Notes under the pieces: generated by a model
Told to the model about the DNA's origin: nothing
What the model saw: the letters and a program-made list of their open reading frames with translations, nothing else
The model's database searches: none
NCBI RefSeq assembly: GCF_002105155.1
Contig: NW_019028981.1
Span: 1,116,001 to 1,180,000, forward strand
Length of the DNA stretch: 64,000 nt
Reading direction: 5' to 3'
Source of the DNA: Lobosporangium transversale
Lineage: Eukaryota
Part shown: positions 1 through 13,200 of the stretch, piece after piece
Layout of the letters: the number at the start of each line of letters is the position of its first letter
Position numbering within the stretch: position 1 is the stretch's first letter
Position numbers and translations under genes: made by a program

Positions 1-1
1 A

Positions 2-1291
2 TCAACACATAAAATTCAGTTCCAATCTATCCGATCTTTAATCTTCCGCGGCAAGATCATCATCCCAGAGCTGCTTGAATACCTTCCCAACCTTGAGAAT
101 TTAGCATTAGAGGAAGCTCCACAAGAATCAAAGGAATCAAGGATGATGGAACATGCTGACCATCAGAAACCCGCACAATCATTACAACCATTCGCAATCT
201 CAGAACTGGGTAACATGATATCAAAGTATTGTCCCCACATCTGTCGCCTTGTCCTAAATGAACCCTCGCTTCAGACAAACTGCCGATGGGCATCACATGT
301 ATCACTACTCCTGCGTGCAATTCCTCAGTTGCTTCACTTTGTGGCTGCAACGCAGTTAGTGATCCAGAATCAGGACATTATGGAGGCCTTGCTTCACTTC
401 CATGGAGAGCATCTTCAGTCCTTCCTTGTTCTGGATGAATCCATGAGCCCAGATGATGGATTTTATTCATCTCAGCAACAACAGCAGCCGCAGCATGACT
501 CCTCCTTTTCCTCCGAGAGTGGCTTTTACCATCATCCACTCCACAATGACTCCTATGGCCATGGTCAATATCATCAATGGGTTCGACTTCGTCAACTTTA
601 CCTTCAAGTATTGGAAACATGCCCTAACCTGCAGGTATCGGACTGCAAGATCCCATTGCCCTTGCGCGACGTCATTGCCTCCATCCCGAATTGGGCATGT
701 CGATACAACCTTGCGGTTTTACGGCTTGAATTCTCTGAACTGAGTGGTCCAGGAGTGATGGAGATGGATAGTGAGGAAGAAGCTGTCATGGAGATGTTCA
801 TCAAAAGCTTGTTTCTTCAGTCACGAAGAGTTGACCCCTCTTCTTCTTCTGCATCTTCTACATACACATCTGACCCTGCTACATCCGCATCCGCACCCGA
901 GTCTGGATTGTCAACAAAACTCTCGTCGACTCCTACTTCTGATTTTTTCGAAGTAACAGTCCCTTCCGAGACATACCTAACTCCAACCTCTACCGCTTTC
1001 ACTGCCACGAATTCTGCTAACGCATCTTTAGGCGATATTGATGCCTCTACCAGTGGAAACCCGGATGAAACGAATTCATTCCGCTGGCAGCAACAGCAAC
1101 AACTTGCCAAGGCAACGGCGTTTCTGTCGACATGTGCTAACTATTATCAAGTAGAAACGACTGGAATATTAATGGCACTCCAATTCTTAGTGGAGCACCA
1201 ACTGTCGATAATGCCTAGTCTGGATCATTTCTTTCTTGGGAGCAAAATGTTTCGACTCCCTCGAAGAAATATAGCGCCTTGCGTTGCGTGA
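2..1291 (+). CDS. 5'-truncated hypothetical protein, probably the LRR/F-box-like class common in early-diverging fungi
   Basis: Frame is open from base 2 to TGA at 1291. LRR-like spacing in LLEYLPNLENLAL, VLETCPNLQV and WACRYNLAVLRLEF; C-terminal LSIMPSLDHFFLG. Confidence 0.55.
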   Translation, partial: STHKIQFQSIRSLIFRGKIIIPELLEYLPNLENLALEEAPQESKESRMMEHADHQKPAQSLQPFAISELGNMISKYCPHICRLVLNEPSLQTNCRWASHVSLLLRAIPQLLHFVAATQLVIQNQDIMEALLHFHGEHLQSFLVLDESMSPDDGFYSSQQQQQPQHDSSFSSESGFYHHPLHNDSYGHGQYHQWVRLRQLYLQVLETCPNLQVSDCKIPLPLRDVIASIPNWACRYNLAVLRLEFSELSGPGVMEMDSEEEAVMEMFIKSLFLQSRRVDPSSSSASSTYTSDPATSASAPESGLSTKLSSTPTSDFFEVTVPSETYLTPTSTAFTATNSANASLGDIDASTSGNPDETNSFRWQQQQQLAKATAFLSTCANYYQVETTGILMALQFLVEHQLSIMPSLDHFFLGSKMFRLPRRNIAPCVA

Positions 1292-2507
1292 ACTTTTTCA
1301 TCATCATTTAATATGCTTAGATGTATCATATATTATATTATATTATATTATATTATATATATATACATAGTTCTCTTTTTCGCTATTTTTTTTTTTCTTA
1401 AACCTGACTAAAGAATCATTTATGATTAAAAGATCTATAAAACCAATAGTGGGATCATTTCGACGTAGTTGTTGTTCTTGAATTTCAGCATTCAGAGTTG
1501 GAATAACTAGTTTTTTACAACGCTCTTTGTTCGAAAAATAAAATAACTCGCTATCTGACAAAGTGTTGCATTTCCGTTGTTCTTCTTGAAATATCCTTTC
1601 GAGAGCGTTCAGAGAGTCTAAGGAGCATTAGATAGTTGCATGTGGTGCAAAGTGTGGCTTTTTGGTCTCCCTTGAAAAAAAAAAAAAAAAAAAAAAAAAA
1701 GTAAGGGTCGCGTGGCCCTAGGGATTTGTTTCTTAGAGCTGCAGAAGAAAATGAGGAATGGGATCCACCGCTCCATGTGACACCCCTTGTAAAATATAGG
1801 AAATATCCACACCTTATAGTGTCAGGCAACATATGAATAATGCTCCTTTATGTACCCTAAACTGCCCCACCTTGCTTAATGTACAATGGTGGTGCGCATT
1901 ACAGAAAAAGTAAAGAAGAGAATGAATAATATACGATAACCACGCTGAATGGAATCGAATATAAACCCTAATCTTGGTGCTGCAACCAACTAAGATAGAG
2001 CTATATCAATAACATCATGACACAGCGCAATAGAAATGCAAGCGGAGTATTGAAAAAACCAAAGAAAAAAGAAAAAAGAAAAGAGCAGCCACAGATCTTC
2101 CAAAAAAGCGATAAAGGAACTATATGGACAGCAGGCAAGAGTTACAATGAAGTCCGTGCCTATGCAATATTATTTAATCAACTTCTGGCATCAATATGCT
2201 CTGTCCACATAGCCCCCCCTCTAAGGAAGAGAACGCGACGCGTCGAGAATAAGAAATAAGGGTCTTTTAAAGAGTAGAAAGGGTCAAATTACACCTCCAT
2301 CTTTCTTTGTCTTCTCTTTCTCGCCAGAAGGACCATCACTCTTCTTTGTATCAAGAACTATCTCCATATAAACTTCAGTAAGTGCATGCAAAAAGCCAAA
2401 CCACTCTTCACTCCTTTCTTCTTCATCGCAGCTTCTTATTCTCTTTTCCTTATTACGTACATTCATTTCTCTTCGCATCTCTGCTAGAGAACAAAATAAA
2501 AAAAAAA

Positions 2508-5500
2508 ATGGACAACATAACGCGCCAGGAAGCATCGAAGTCTCATGAGCATGTTTTACGTGTCTCACCCAACGTACATTACAAGTCTAAAGCCCCTGTA
2601 GTGCCTTCACGGGCCGAAAGTAGATCTATAGTCAGTGATAGTCAGCCTTCAAGTCCCGTCCCCACAGAAAGCGCTGAATCTAGTAGTAGTAGTAGTAGTA
2701 GTAGTAGTAGCGGTCGCAGCCACAGTGATCAGTCTCATCGAAACAGAAAAACTCATACGACTCAAGATCCTGGAGATGATTTTGAGGGAGAATCTGATGG
2801 TATCGATGACGACGACGAACAAGACCATGATTATCATCCTCAAGCGGATAGGCCATCTACTTCCAGCCATCAGCGTCAAAATACTCACTCGACCCCTCGT
2901 CGCCGAGGCCGTAATGCCCAAGCTTCCCTGACTAGAGGGAAACGGCAGTGCCCAGGGCCTACGGGCCAGACCGGTCAGGACCCTGAGCCTGGCGCCAATA
3001 ACAATAACAACAATAGCAGCAATAACATTAATGATAACCAAACCGAAACAATCCCTAACCATAATGGAGATGGAGAGGACTCGGGTGAATCGGATCAAGA
3101 GCCTACAGACAACGATGACATCGCGGATTATCGCAACATATCTTTTGTGGATCCAGATGACCTAGGGGTACTACCCTACGTACCGCGCACCGCTGAATCC
3201 ATCTATGGCCCTCAACTCATAGAAGAGGACTATACCCCCCACCACGTCTTGGTCCGGAAGACCATTAATCAGCTCTACACTAGCCTCAGGGAGTTGAACA
3301 ACTCCTTCGTACCTATAAACGCCCAAAGCCAAGTGACGAATGTTCAGCAATTGGTCAATCGTCTAATCCAGGACCATTTGCCCCATTTCTGGCAATACCG
3401 AGAAGAACTATTCTATGCCTTGATGATGGTACGAGAGGATATGAAAAAGGAGAAAGACATTCTGAACAACAAATACAATAACGCCGATGCTGTAGATATT
3501 GATATTAATGGACACAGTACCAATAAGCGTCCACATGGGTCAGCTATCCTGACGACCTGTGTAGAATGCGGCTTCAAGTTCCATAAGGAGCTGCTGTATG
3601 ATTGTCCCGCGACAGTAAGGCATGGCCAACGCCGAGCCCGACAGGAAAAGCTTCAGAATGGTCTGGCAACCAAGGGTAAAAGGGGCCCATGGCGGAAACG
3701 AGAGACAATTCGCGCAGTAGAATTGTTCCGTCTTAGAATTGATCCAAGCCAACGCGAAGGGGTCTTTGGAGCAACTGAAAATACATATTTTAGTCCCGAC
3801 GACATTGACAACGCTTTGAACAACAATCGCAGGGACAAGAAATACGATGGTAATTTGGATTACATTGGGATTAAGGAAGAGGGTCATGGTATGCTTGCAC
3901 GAGCCAAGAAATCGGACCAGGACAGTGAACTGGATTACAGTGCCCATATTAAACAAGAAAATATAGGGTCTATTACTCATAGTAGCCAAAATATAGTCCC
4001 AAGAGTTGGGAGTCAGCCACAAAAGAGGGGAAAAGGAAAGGGGAAAGAAAAGGCATCTGAGACTGTAGAGAACGAGATCGGGGAAGAATCTGATGACGAC
4101 GAAGATCCGCATGACCACATGATGGAGTATGAATACTGCTCTCCAAGCACGAAACTTCATCTTGGCTGGGAGGTTGTATTAGGCCATGACCATTCCAAGA
4201 TCCCATGCGCCTCTCCAGCTAGTTCATCGTCACCTCTGTACCCCTACTACCCAGCCAGGTCTTTGATGGCTGCCTTTGCTCACATACTGCCTCACAATAT
4301 CGAATTGACTCAAAACCAACTCAGAAAGCTATTTAGCTATTTTGTCTGGCATCCATGGTTTGATTGTGACCTTCAGGCGATAACCATTCGAAGGGCTTAT
4401 AGAGAGCTGTGGCCGTTGTTCTTAATTCGTGATGAAGATGAGCTAGGGACTATACCACCATCCTACAACGTTGTCAAGCGTAGTCATCAGGTAGCATTTG
4501 ATGCTGCGGTTGGCATTGAGGAGGCCTCTCAAACCAAGCGGCAAAGACCAGAGGCTGAAGGGGTGGACCACCCACTTTGCCCTGCTCCATCAGGAACTTG
4601 GGCTACATCATCCTCGATGCAACCATCTCCATGGCGCCTACAAGCAATGCCTAACGAAAGTGAAGATGAGAAGAAGAAGCGTGAACAAGGAGAGGAAAAG
4701 AAAGGAAAGCGGGCCTTGATAAGGCGCAAAAGGCTTCTATCATTGGAACAGCGGTTTACCACTTCGTTGAATAATGGCCTGAAATTCCACGGCATCACCT
4801 GTGAGAGTCGTGACCCGCCGGAGCAACAACGATTACGTCGTGATACACAGGCAAAGGCCTATGGATGGATCTTAGGTCCATCTCCATGGCTTGATACAGA
4901 GGGTCGGATTATCGTTAGTGGCAAGCCAAAGAAAGACCAAGAAATCCTGAAGAAGAACCACAAAGAGTTCTATTACGAGATCCGATCCAGCACTATAGAT
5001 AAGAGCCTTGCGCCTGAACTGCATAATAGGGCTTTTACACAGCCGTGGAGGCCAGACTCGCTAGCACATTTAACAAGGAATCTTCGTAGATTGTCTAAAA
5101 GAGCACAGGATAGACGAGAGCTGTCTCTATTCGTCGTCCCGGAGTACATGCAGACCACAAGGATTAAGGCAGAGAAAATATCTGAGACTAGGATCAAGAA
5201 GAGATCCCAGGATCAAGATGATCCTGATGTTCACAAGCGGAGGAAAAAGAATAGCAAAACTAATCGAGGTGCCAGCGCTTTAACAGGGCTCAGTAATAGT
5301 GAAGTTTCCATAAGCGGGACCGAGAGGAAACAACATAGGAATCAGAAAAGCAGCTCTGGAGGAACTCTGGATCCGGAGAGAACCATATCCACAGCAGAAA
5401 CCTCTATGTATGATCTACCGAGCCCACAAGATAATGGGGCGTCTTTCTACGGTCATGACCTCACTAACCGCTCCCTTTCCTCCTCTCCCGGTGTACATTC

Positions 5501-6560
5501 TTCATCCTCAGGCTACACTGGATTGGTGCAGCGATCCTCATTGATGATTTCATCGCTCGGAGGGCAGATGTATGTCCCTAGCCTAGCTCAAAATCATGGT
5601 CACATGCATGAGCATGAGCAGGGCCCAGGACTAAACCAAGTAGACCAAGCAGGAGGCCTCCGAGATGCGCTACTCGAGCTAACTAGGTCTCATAACGCGC
5701 CATCAGCTATTGCCACAACGCCGGTGACTATGCCGCAAATGGCGATGCCCTTGTATTCTGAATCAACCCTCCTCACAAACTACCCCATCCTTCAGCCGAC
5801 TTATCCCAATCGCCAGCCAGTGTACCCCTTCCCATTGACTACACTGCCTGCAATCAACGCGAACGCCACCCAAAGCACAACTATGCGCGCGTCTCAAGGA
5901 TACTCTTTCCCCAATCTACAAGCTCTTGGCATGACCCCTACCCTGAATATTTATGGGATTAACAACAGTAGCGGCAGCAATGACGCTAATAGCAACGGCG
6001 ATAACAGTAACAGCAATAATGGCAACGGCGGTATTGGTAGTAGTCACCACAGTGATGCATTCTATACCAACCCGGCATGGGCGAACGAGGATATAATGGC
6101 CCAATATATCAATTTAGACCCAGAAGATCTTGATGGTTTTACATGCGGAGCTTGGAGTCCACTCCAACCCACCTTGATCATGAAATCACAAGCAGTATCC
6201 CCATCATTTTCATTGCTATCGGAACCCCTGGTAGCTCACACCCAAGGCATTGCAACAAATCCTCAATCAATGGTAGTGTTGCCAACTATCCAAAATGATG
6301 CCCATAGCCCAACATTAAGCGATGGCTCTCTAAGCAGTGTAGCATCACGATATGTAAACAATCATATCACAACCACAATAACTAAATCAGTTGTACCTGT
6401 CGGCAATACTGTGACTAACATGGAGTCTAATTCTAAATTCACTGCGACAGAGGAGGAGGAGCTTCGGGTAATGGATGAGTTCTTGCAGTCGCTTCACCTA
6501 CACGCTTCCTATCACAATAATACTGAGGAGGACTCGGATCATCATCAATGGGCGTTGTGA
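2508..6560 (+). CDS. Large intronless hypothetical protein (~1350 aa) with low-complexity ends and basic NLS-like patches
   Basis: Uninterrupted ORF with first ATG at 2508 after an A-tract; poly-Ser and poly-Asn runs, one CxxC (CVECG), KRRKK-type clusters. No family recognised. Confidence 0.7.
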   Translation: MDNITRQEASKSHEHVLRVSPNVHYKSKAPVVPSRAESRSIVSDSQPSSPVPTESAESSSSSSSSSSSGRSHSDQSHRNRKTHTTQDPGDDFEGESDGIDDDDEQDHDYHPQADRPSTSSHQRQNTHSTPRRRGRNAQASLTRGKRQCPGPTGQTGQDPEPGANNNNNNSSNNINDNQTETIPNHNGDGEDSGESDQEPTDNDDIADYRNISFVDPDDLGVLPYVPRTAESIYGPQLIEEDYTPHHVLVRKTINQLYTSLRELNNSFVPINAQSQVTNVQQLVNRLIQDHLPHFWQYREELFYALMMVREDMKKEKDILNNKYNNADAVDIDINGHSTNKRPHGSAILTTCVECGFKFHKELLYDCPATVRHGQRRARQEKLQNGLATKGKRGPWRKRETIRAVELFRLRIDPSQREGVFGATENTYFSPDDIDNALNNNRRDKKYDGNLDYIGIKEEGHGMLARAKKSDQDSELDYSAHIKQENIGSITHSSQNIVPRVGSQPQKRGKGKGKEKASETVENEIGEESDDDEDPHDHMMEYEYCSPSTKLHLGWEVVLGHDHSKIPCASPASSSSPLYPYYPARSLMAAFAHILPHNIELTQNQLRKLFSYFVWHPWFDCDLQAITIRRAYRELWPLFLIRDEDELGTIPPSYNVVKRSHQVAFDAAVGIEEASQTKRQRPEAEGVDHPLCPAPSGTWATSSSMQPSPWRLQAMPNESEDEKKKREQGEEKKGKRALIRRKRLLSLEQRFTTSLNNGLKFHGITCESRDPPEQQRLRRDTQAKAYGWILGPSPWLDTEGRIIVSGKPKKDQEILKKNHKEFYYEIRSSTIDKSLAPELHNRAFTQPWRPDSLAHLTRNLRRLSKRAQDRRELSLFVVPEYMQTTRIKAEKISETRIKKRSQDQDDPDVHKRRKKNSKTNRGASALTGLSNSEVSISGTERKQHRNQKSSSGGTLDPERTISTAETSMYDLPSPQDNGASFYGHDLTNRSLSSSPGVHSSSSGYTGLVQRSSLMISSLGGQMYVPSLAQNHGHMHEHEQGPGLNQVDQAGGLRDALLELTRSHNAPSAIATTPVTMPQMAMPLYSESTLLTNYPILQPTYPNRQPVYPFPLTTLPAINANATQSTTMRASQGYSFPNLQALGMTPTLNIYGINNSSGSNDANSNGDNSNSNNGNGGIGSSHHSDAFYTNPAWANEDIMAQYINLDPEDLDGFTCGAWSPLQPTLIMKSQAVSPSFSLLSEPLVAHTQGIATNPQSMVVLPTIQNDAHSPTLSDGSLSSVASRYVNNHITTTITKSVVPVGNTVTNMESNSKFTATEEEELRVMDEFLQSLHLHASYHNNTEEDSDHHQWAL
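2681..2710 (+). repeat. (AGT)n microsatellite encoding poly-Ser
   Basis: tagtagtagt... run within the ORF. Confidence 0.9.
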
Positions 6561-7976
6561 AATATCCAAATGCAATGTCCTTTACTTCAAATGCAATCAA
6601 TATCCACACAAGCGCATGCATATTGACATACACCTTCTTTAGGAAGAAATAGAATAAAATATTTGCTGCACACAAACATTCCAATAAATCTGTACCTTTG
6701 TTTTTTTAGACAAAACGGCAAACAATCATTTAAAAGAGCAGACTCGAAAGTTCCTGAGCGGAAGATGAATCCATGTATCTTGGAATAAACATGTATATAT
6801 ACATATATATATATATTTATATAATATATTTGTATATATATAATATATATTATATATATATGTATAAAATTATATTTAGGGTGATCTGCAATTAAAAAAG
6901 CTGATGTTTTTTGAGTATGGGGTCTTTGAGAGACAACTCAAAAAAAGAGGAAGCTCAACATGTGGGAAGCATTTGTCTTAAGGAAGCAAATTGAGGGAAT
7001 TTGAGGAACGTTGGCCCACACGTGGCATGTGGCATGGTTCGAAGAGCCATCACCATCTTGTTTTCAGAATTTCAGATATTGGCTTGAAAGAGCAACCAAC
7101 ATCGCTGCTTGAACTTTGAATATTCACTTTGATTCTGTTACTGTCTATTGTAATCTTATTGCGTTGTTGTTGAATAATTACCTCTTTCTCTCTCTGTTTG
7201 GCTTGATCAGGTCGTCACCGTTGTACACAGCAAATCTATACACTGAAACAGAGAATCTACGTATATCGTATTTGAACAGATAACTCAATCCATCTCATCA
7301 TTGCGCACACAGTAATAGATAGAGTCCTCTCTTCAATATATGTATCTAAAGTTATCCTCTATCTATCCATCTATCTACATCTTTGTTCTCCATTATCTTT
7401 CCAGGTGAGGCATATCGCCCGTATATATGTATGAAATAACGTGTTTGCTCAATATCCTCTTGATTAATCTGGTATTTTCTAAAAAAAGAAAAGAACGTCT
7501 GAAGAGAGGTGAGCTATGGCGTTATTGAGTGTGAATAGACGAGAAGTCTACATGTATATTTACAAGTATGTCTGCATGTCAATGAGTAAATAACTAGGAA
7601 TATTATAGATATAACTTTTTTTAATACGATGTTCGAACATGTATCCTTCTGTGTATAAAAACTCTTTCCATGCGAGGCGTGCGTTTTATTTTATTATGAC
7701 AATAAGTAAATACAAATATTTTTATATATCAATTGACATATTGCGGATCTTGCAACAAGCGCTTCAATATTCTTTTTTCCCCTCAAATGCATTTCTCCTT
7801 TGCTGCTTCCTATCATTTAAAGGAAATATTGGCCTGTCTACATTGAGCAAAAGAGCAGCTTGAATCGGGCCAAATTAAAACGTGGCAAGAGACCAAAACT
7901 ATTGGTAAGGATATCATAACACACATATTGATGGACTGGCTTTGTAGCCGATTGTACCACAGAGAAAGAGGGTATG

Positions 7977-8009
<33 letters not shown>

Positions 8010-9730
8010 AACAAAATGCATGCATCGATCGACGTAAAAAAGAGAAAAGATGTAAAAGAAAAAATAATGAGGTGATTGACTGTTCAGGACAAGGGCTCAT
8101 TTTTTTTGACACCACCACAATCAAGCAATGAGTTGTAAGCTGCAATGCTTTGTCATAAACCTCGCCTTTGTCTGGCGCAATTATTAAGTCGGTTATGACG
8201 AATCTGCCCACAAAGCTGCGCACATGGGCATATTCAATACGCATTGCATGCCACGAGGGAGTTGTTTACATGAACACTGAGTAAAAAAGCTAAGAACAGG
8301 TGTTTAAACAAAGATGCTAGAGGATATAGAGGGGAAAAAAGTCAAGATAAGGCACATTTCTAGGCTACCCTTCCTAGGCCATCCAGAGAAGAGTAAGTTG
8401 GGGTATTTGAACCCAGATAGAACCGGATACCCAAGCCGTATCGGCGAAGACTGAGGAGGGACACAGTGATACAGGTTGTTTATTAGACTAGCAGCAGAGT
8501 GGAGAGCGTTAATAAAGAAGCTGGGAACACAAGAAAAGGGACCATCGTATACACTCCTGTACATCTCATGTAAGGGACAGACAGGGAAGAAATGGTGCAA
8601 GACATTATTGTTTTGGTGAACCATGATATAAAAATCATGCGGCATATGTGTATGTATCCATTTGTTTACAGGCGGCACATTAAAATGTTCAACTTAGCCA
8701 AGTTGACAAGAATTCATTGACCATGATTTATATACCGCTATTGATGTTTATGCGGTTCCATAAGAGCGTTACCCCTCTTCTCTCTAAAAAACGATCTTCA
8801 CTCTCTTCCCCCACCCTCTTCTTCTTTCACTCGATCGCTCCTTCTACTTCTCTTCTCAATCCTCTTCCTTTCAAATCAGCAACATCAACAACGACAGTCA
8901 TAGACTCATATAACTCCTACTCTGTTGCTTTTTAGCAATCTCATTGACTTGTCTTGAATTACTTAATCACACCTTTACACACCCATTGTCTTTCACTTAA
9001 TACTTTGCATCTACTCTCGTGCTCATTATTCTGACCCTTTTGCCCCTCGCGCTTTGATTATCGACATCTGCACCCTTCCTTGCGCTTTCACGCCCACTGC
9101 TGTTTCAATTGCAAAGAAAGATATCCCTTGTGGCCAAACTGTATACCAATCCGTAAGAAATACATCCTTGAAGGTTTCTTGCTACCAAAAAAAGATGCCA
9201 TAGATCAAATCGGTCGCACTACTCCTTCATATTGCCATACATACCTCTGCGCGAGAATCATACACTAGCATCTATACATAGCTCTTTTTTTGTGTTCATA
9301 TCGTCCAGGCAAGAGAGGCGATAAGAGGGTGTGTTTAGTGTTTTTACTTTGCTTGTATATAAACAGCTTAGTCGATGTCCTACTTGTTGTGCCTGATTTT
9401 TTTGTGTTTCCAAGTTGGTACAGCCGGATGGTGTGATTTATCGAACCAAACCATGCCAAGGATTGCAGCGTTAATTGTCTGTGTGTCAATTAAATTATGG
9501 AATTGCATGTCCTATGCCATGCCAACTGAGGAGCCCTGCTTTCCTTCTTACTCTATATTACATACATTTCATCCTCTCTGATGGTACCCTACAAGGTCCA
9601 CGTTGCGTGTTGGTGCCTCCACCATGGCCCTCATTCTAAACATGCAAAAGCGATGCATTCTCTCATTCCTCTCTTTAACGATGTGAATGCATTCCGCTCT
9701 CTTATGGAAATAACCATCCTGTTGTATTAC

Positions 9731-9763
<33 letters not shown>

Positions 9764-10296
9764 ATAAACGAGGAATGGACATCGCTTGTAGATCCTTCTC
9801 CTTACTTTTGACATTAATATATTTCTATTATACTTCTTAATATGCGACCTATGCCTTTCAAAAAAAAAAAAAAAAAAAAAGGGCAAGCACTTTCTCTTTC
9901 TAGTCATTTCATACTCTTCTATGCCCCATTCAGGGTCCAAACTTGCCCTCGTGTTACAATTGCTACGTTTTTACAAATTATTGTGGAATGAGGGTGTGCG
10001 CAGATGAAGAGCAATTTGCCTCTCTTTTTGATGAATCTCATTTTGACAGTTACACCAACCATCAACATCCTTAACCCACCTATCCTCATCCACTATCCAA
10101 GCAAGGAGTTTACATGGCACCAGAGTGGTGTCCATCCACTTGACACCCTCTCCCCTCTTCTTGTTCATCTATTTCATGATCGGGATCCTAACCCAGGTCT
10201 TTTTTTTTTTTTTCACCTCGATATTCCTTCTCACTCTAGTCTTTCTAACACTTGCTCATGATCCCACCTGTACAGCAGAGCTCAAGCATCCTTTCC

Positions 10297-13200
10297 ATGT
10301 CGCAATATCAACTACAGACCACCAACCTTAACTACAAGTCAACTACATCAATATCATCAGGGGCAAACATGGACCATCATAATAAATCCCACTCGGGGAT
10401 GAAAGGTTTTTCATTTTTCAAAGGCCATCATCAACACAATAATGAAACTTCCTCCCCACTTGACCACAACAGTAGCATTCCTAGCCAAAAAGGCTCGAAA
10501 CAGTCCAGCAAAAACAAACCAAGTAAACATGATCACACACCTCTTCCTTCTTCACACATTGACAGCGAAAACCATCACCTTAATCCCATGAGCAGTCGAT
10601 ATCACCATGCGCATACACATACACAACGGGCCCAAACAGACAAATCAGGTGTTGCCTCCTTTAAAGCCATTTTTCAATGCCAAAGCAATCGATTTGATGA
10701 GCGGATCATACTGGAGGAATGGCTGCAAAAGCGTTCATCTTCATTGCAACTTGTTTGGAAGCGACGATGGTGTGTTCTACGCGATGGGTGCTTTTATTAC
10801 TATCGGTCAAATGTAATGTTCATCTACTTTTCGTCCTTGCTTTCCATTAGTCTTTTGGTGTACCAACCGTGATAAAAAAACAAGAATCTTCAAACTTATA
10901 TACATAATTGACACAAACTTTAGACGGACACAAAGCCCCTAGGTGTGTTGCACTTAGCCGACTATTCAATCCTTTCATACGGGCACGAGGTATCTAGGAA
11001 GTCCAAATTCGTTTTCCGACTTTCATCTGTAGAACCCATGCCGAACGAAAATCAACATCATTTGTTCCATGCTGAAACAGCTCAGGCTCTGGATCTTTGG
11101 CTGGATGCGATCCAGGGACATATCAATCATGCCTTGGCACATCTAAACGGTGATTTCCTAAACCCATTGGGCATGGAATCAACCTGGGGGCTACCAGGGC
11201 CAGGGAAGAGGAGTGATAGCATGTGCTCATTATTGCAGCACCCACCAGAAGAGCAAGAGCAAGAGCGAAACATTATTGACGAAGTCCTAGAGCGTCTACA
11301 GCTCGAAGATCCAACCCTGTCGGATATAAACGACCCTTCTACATTAATTATGCCAGTCCAGGAGCATCCATCGAGCCCATCCTATCCTGCTAGCCAACAC
11401 CTATTGCAGAGGTCGTTTCAAGAAATGCAACTTAGCTTTGACGACAACCTCGATGGCTGGGGTCCATTTTCAACACCATCACTGACGAATCGACTGAATA
11501 TTGATACCAATTGTGGCGTCAACAATCTCAGTTCAAGCAGCACGTCCCTCAGTGTTGATCATCCGCTACTGGTATATGACGCCAAACAAAGTATAGGCTT
11601 ACCATTGTCCCCACAAAGAAGTCCAATTGCAACCCATAACGAGGATCGCATCCACAGCAGTGACGTCCCAACCAGCCATTCGGGAAGCTATACTCAAAGT
11701 AAAGCTTCCAGTTACACTGATTCCCCTCCTGCACATTCGAGTTTCTCGGAGATTGGCATCCTCACTGGAAACAGCGGTACTATTAGTAGTAGTAGCAAGA
11801 TGGTAACTATTATCACTTCTAAAAAAGGCTTAGCACCTTATCACCCAATTACTGATTCATACCATCAGGGAGGGGGGGAGGTGAGGGCCCAGATGGACCG
11901 CGGAAACCAAGGTCAAGGTGGACGCCATCCGACGTCGCCTTCATTCTCAGAAGAGCAATCCTCGTGCCAATACAGCAACAGCAGCATTGGCACTCCTCAA
12001 AGTCCACTAATCTGCCCTTATCGAATAAACGGGCAAGGGCAGTCGATACTATTAGAGATTGGTAAGTTCCCGCCGCTCCTTTTGCAGCCAACCAACAGCT
12101 AGCCGTACAGGTAGATTGCTAACACCTACGGGCCCTTTTCTGTTTTTGTTTTCAGGCGGCATTCCGCCATCAAGCAGCAACCCTGGCTCACCACTCGGAT
12201 CACCAAGGCTGTCATACATGAAATCTACCCCAAGTAGCCGTGACAATACTATCGCTACACCATCCCGAATACCGTTTTCCATGGCCATTGAGGCGGACAC
12301 TACTCCATCTCATAAACGTACCCAAAGTGAGGCATCTTCAGTATCTATTTCCACGATTGATTCGATCACAGGTGATATGGACGCAACTAACGACGCCAGG
12401 ATCAGCGAAACGGTTTCCGAGATTGGATATGCTAAACCAACCATACACCATGATCAGAAGAAGAGCAGCAACGGAAGTAACGACAATCATGCCCAAAGCA
12501 GTAACTGCTCTCTGACTAACCATATTGATGGTAGGGAAATAAGCACTAGTAGGAGCTATTGTACGGATAATGATTACGACGACCTATGTTACCTTCCATC
12601 AGTTGATGAGGAAGGCAATTCGCCCACGGCAGCATCAGTACTAGCATCAGCGAACCCAAAGAAGGCAAAGAAGCTGTGGTCAGTATACGGTGGAAGTGGA
12701 AGTGAATCAAGGAAAGCAGAGAAAGCCAGTAATGGCAGTAAGAGGGCCGTAAGCCAGGCTCTGGATGCAGACAACCCGATGCTCAAAAATCTAGTCCTCA
12801 TTTCACCACCTTCCAAAAAATCTTCTCCTAGCAGGAAAAGCGATAATGGCAAGAAACACAATAAGGTATTCTCCAAGTCCATGACCTGTCTGCCCAATGA
12901 ACCTACATCGATGGGTCATTATTCCGTGGATACAAGGCCGACTGGCGCGGGTCCTCACTCTGCTGCGCCGTCGTCCTTAGCATCATCTCCAAGGGCCCTG
13001 GCCTCAAGGGCACGCTCACCCTCAGTCTCCATTCTAGATGAGGCTTATCAATTAGCAAGCATTGATTATTCACAGAAGCGTGTCATTTTAATGCATCGAC
13101 AAAATGGGAGTGCTAGCGCTGACCCCTCTGCTGCATTTGAATCATCATTCATTCAACAGTCGGGCCAAAAGCTGCCAATACCTTACCAGGGACAAAGGCA

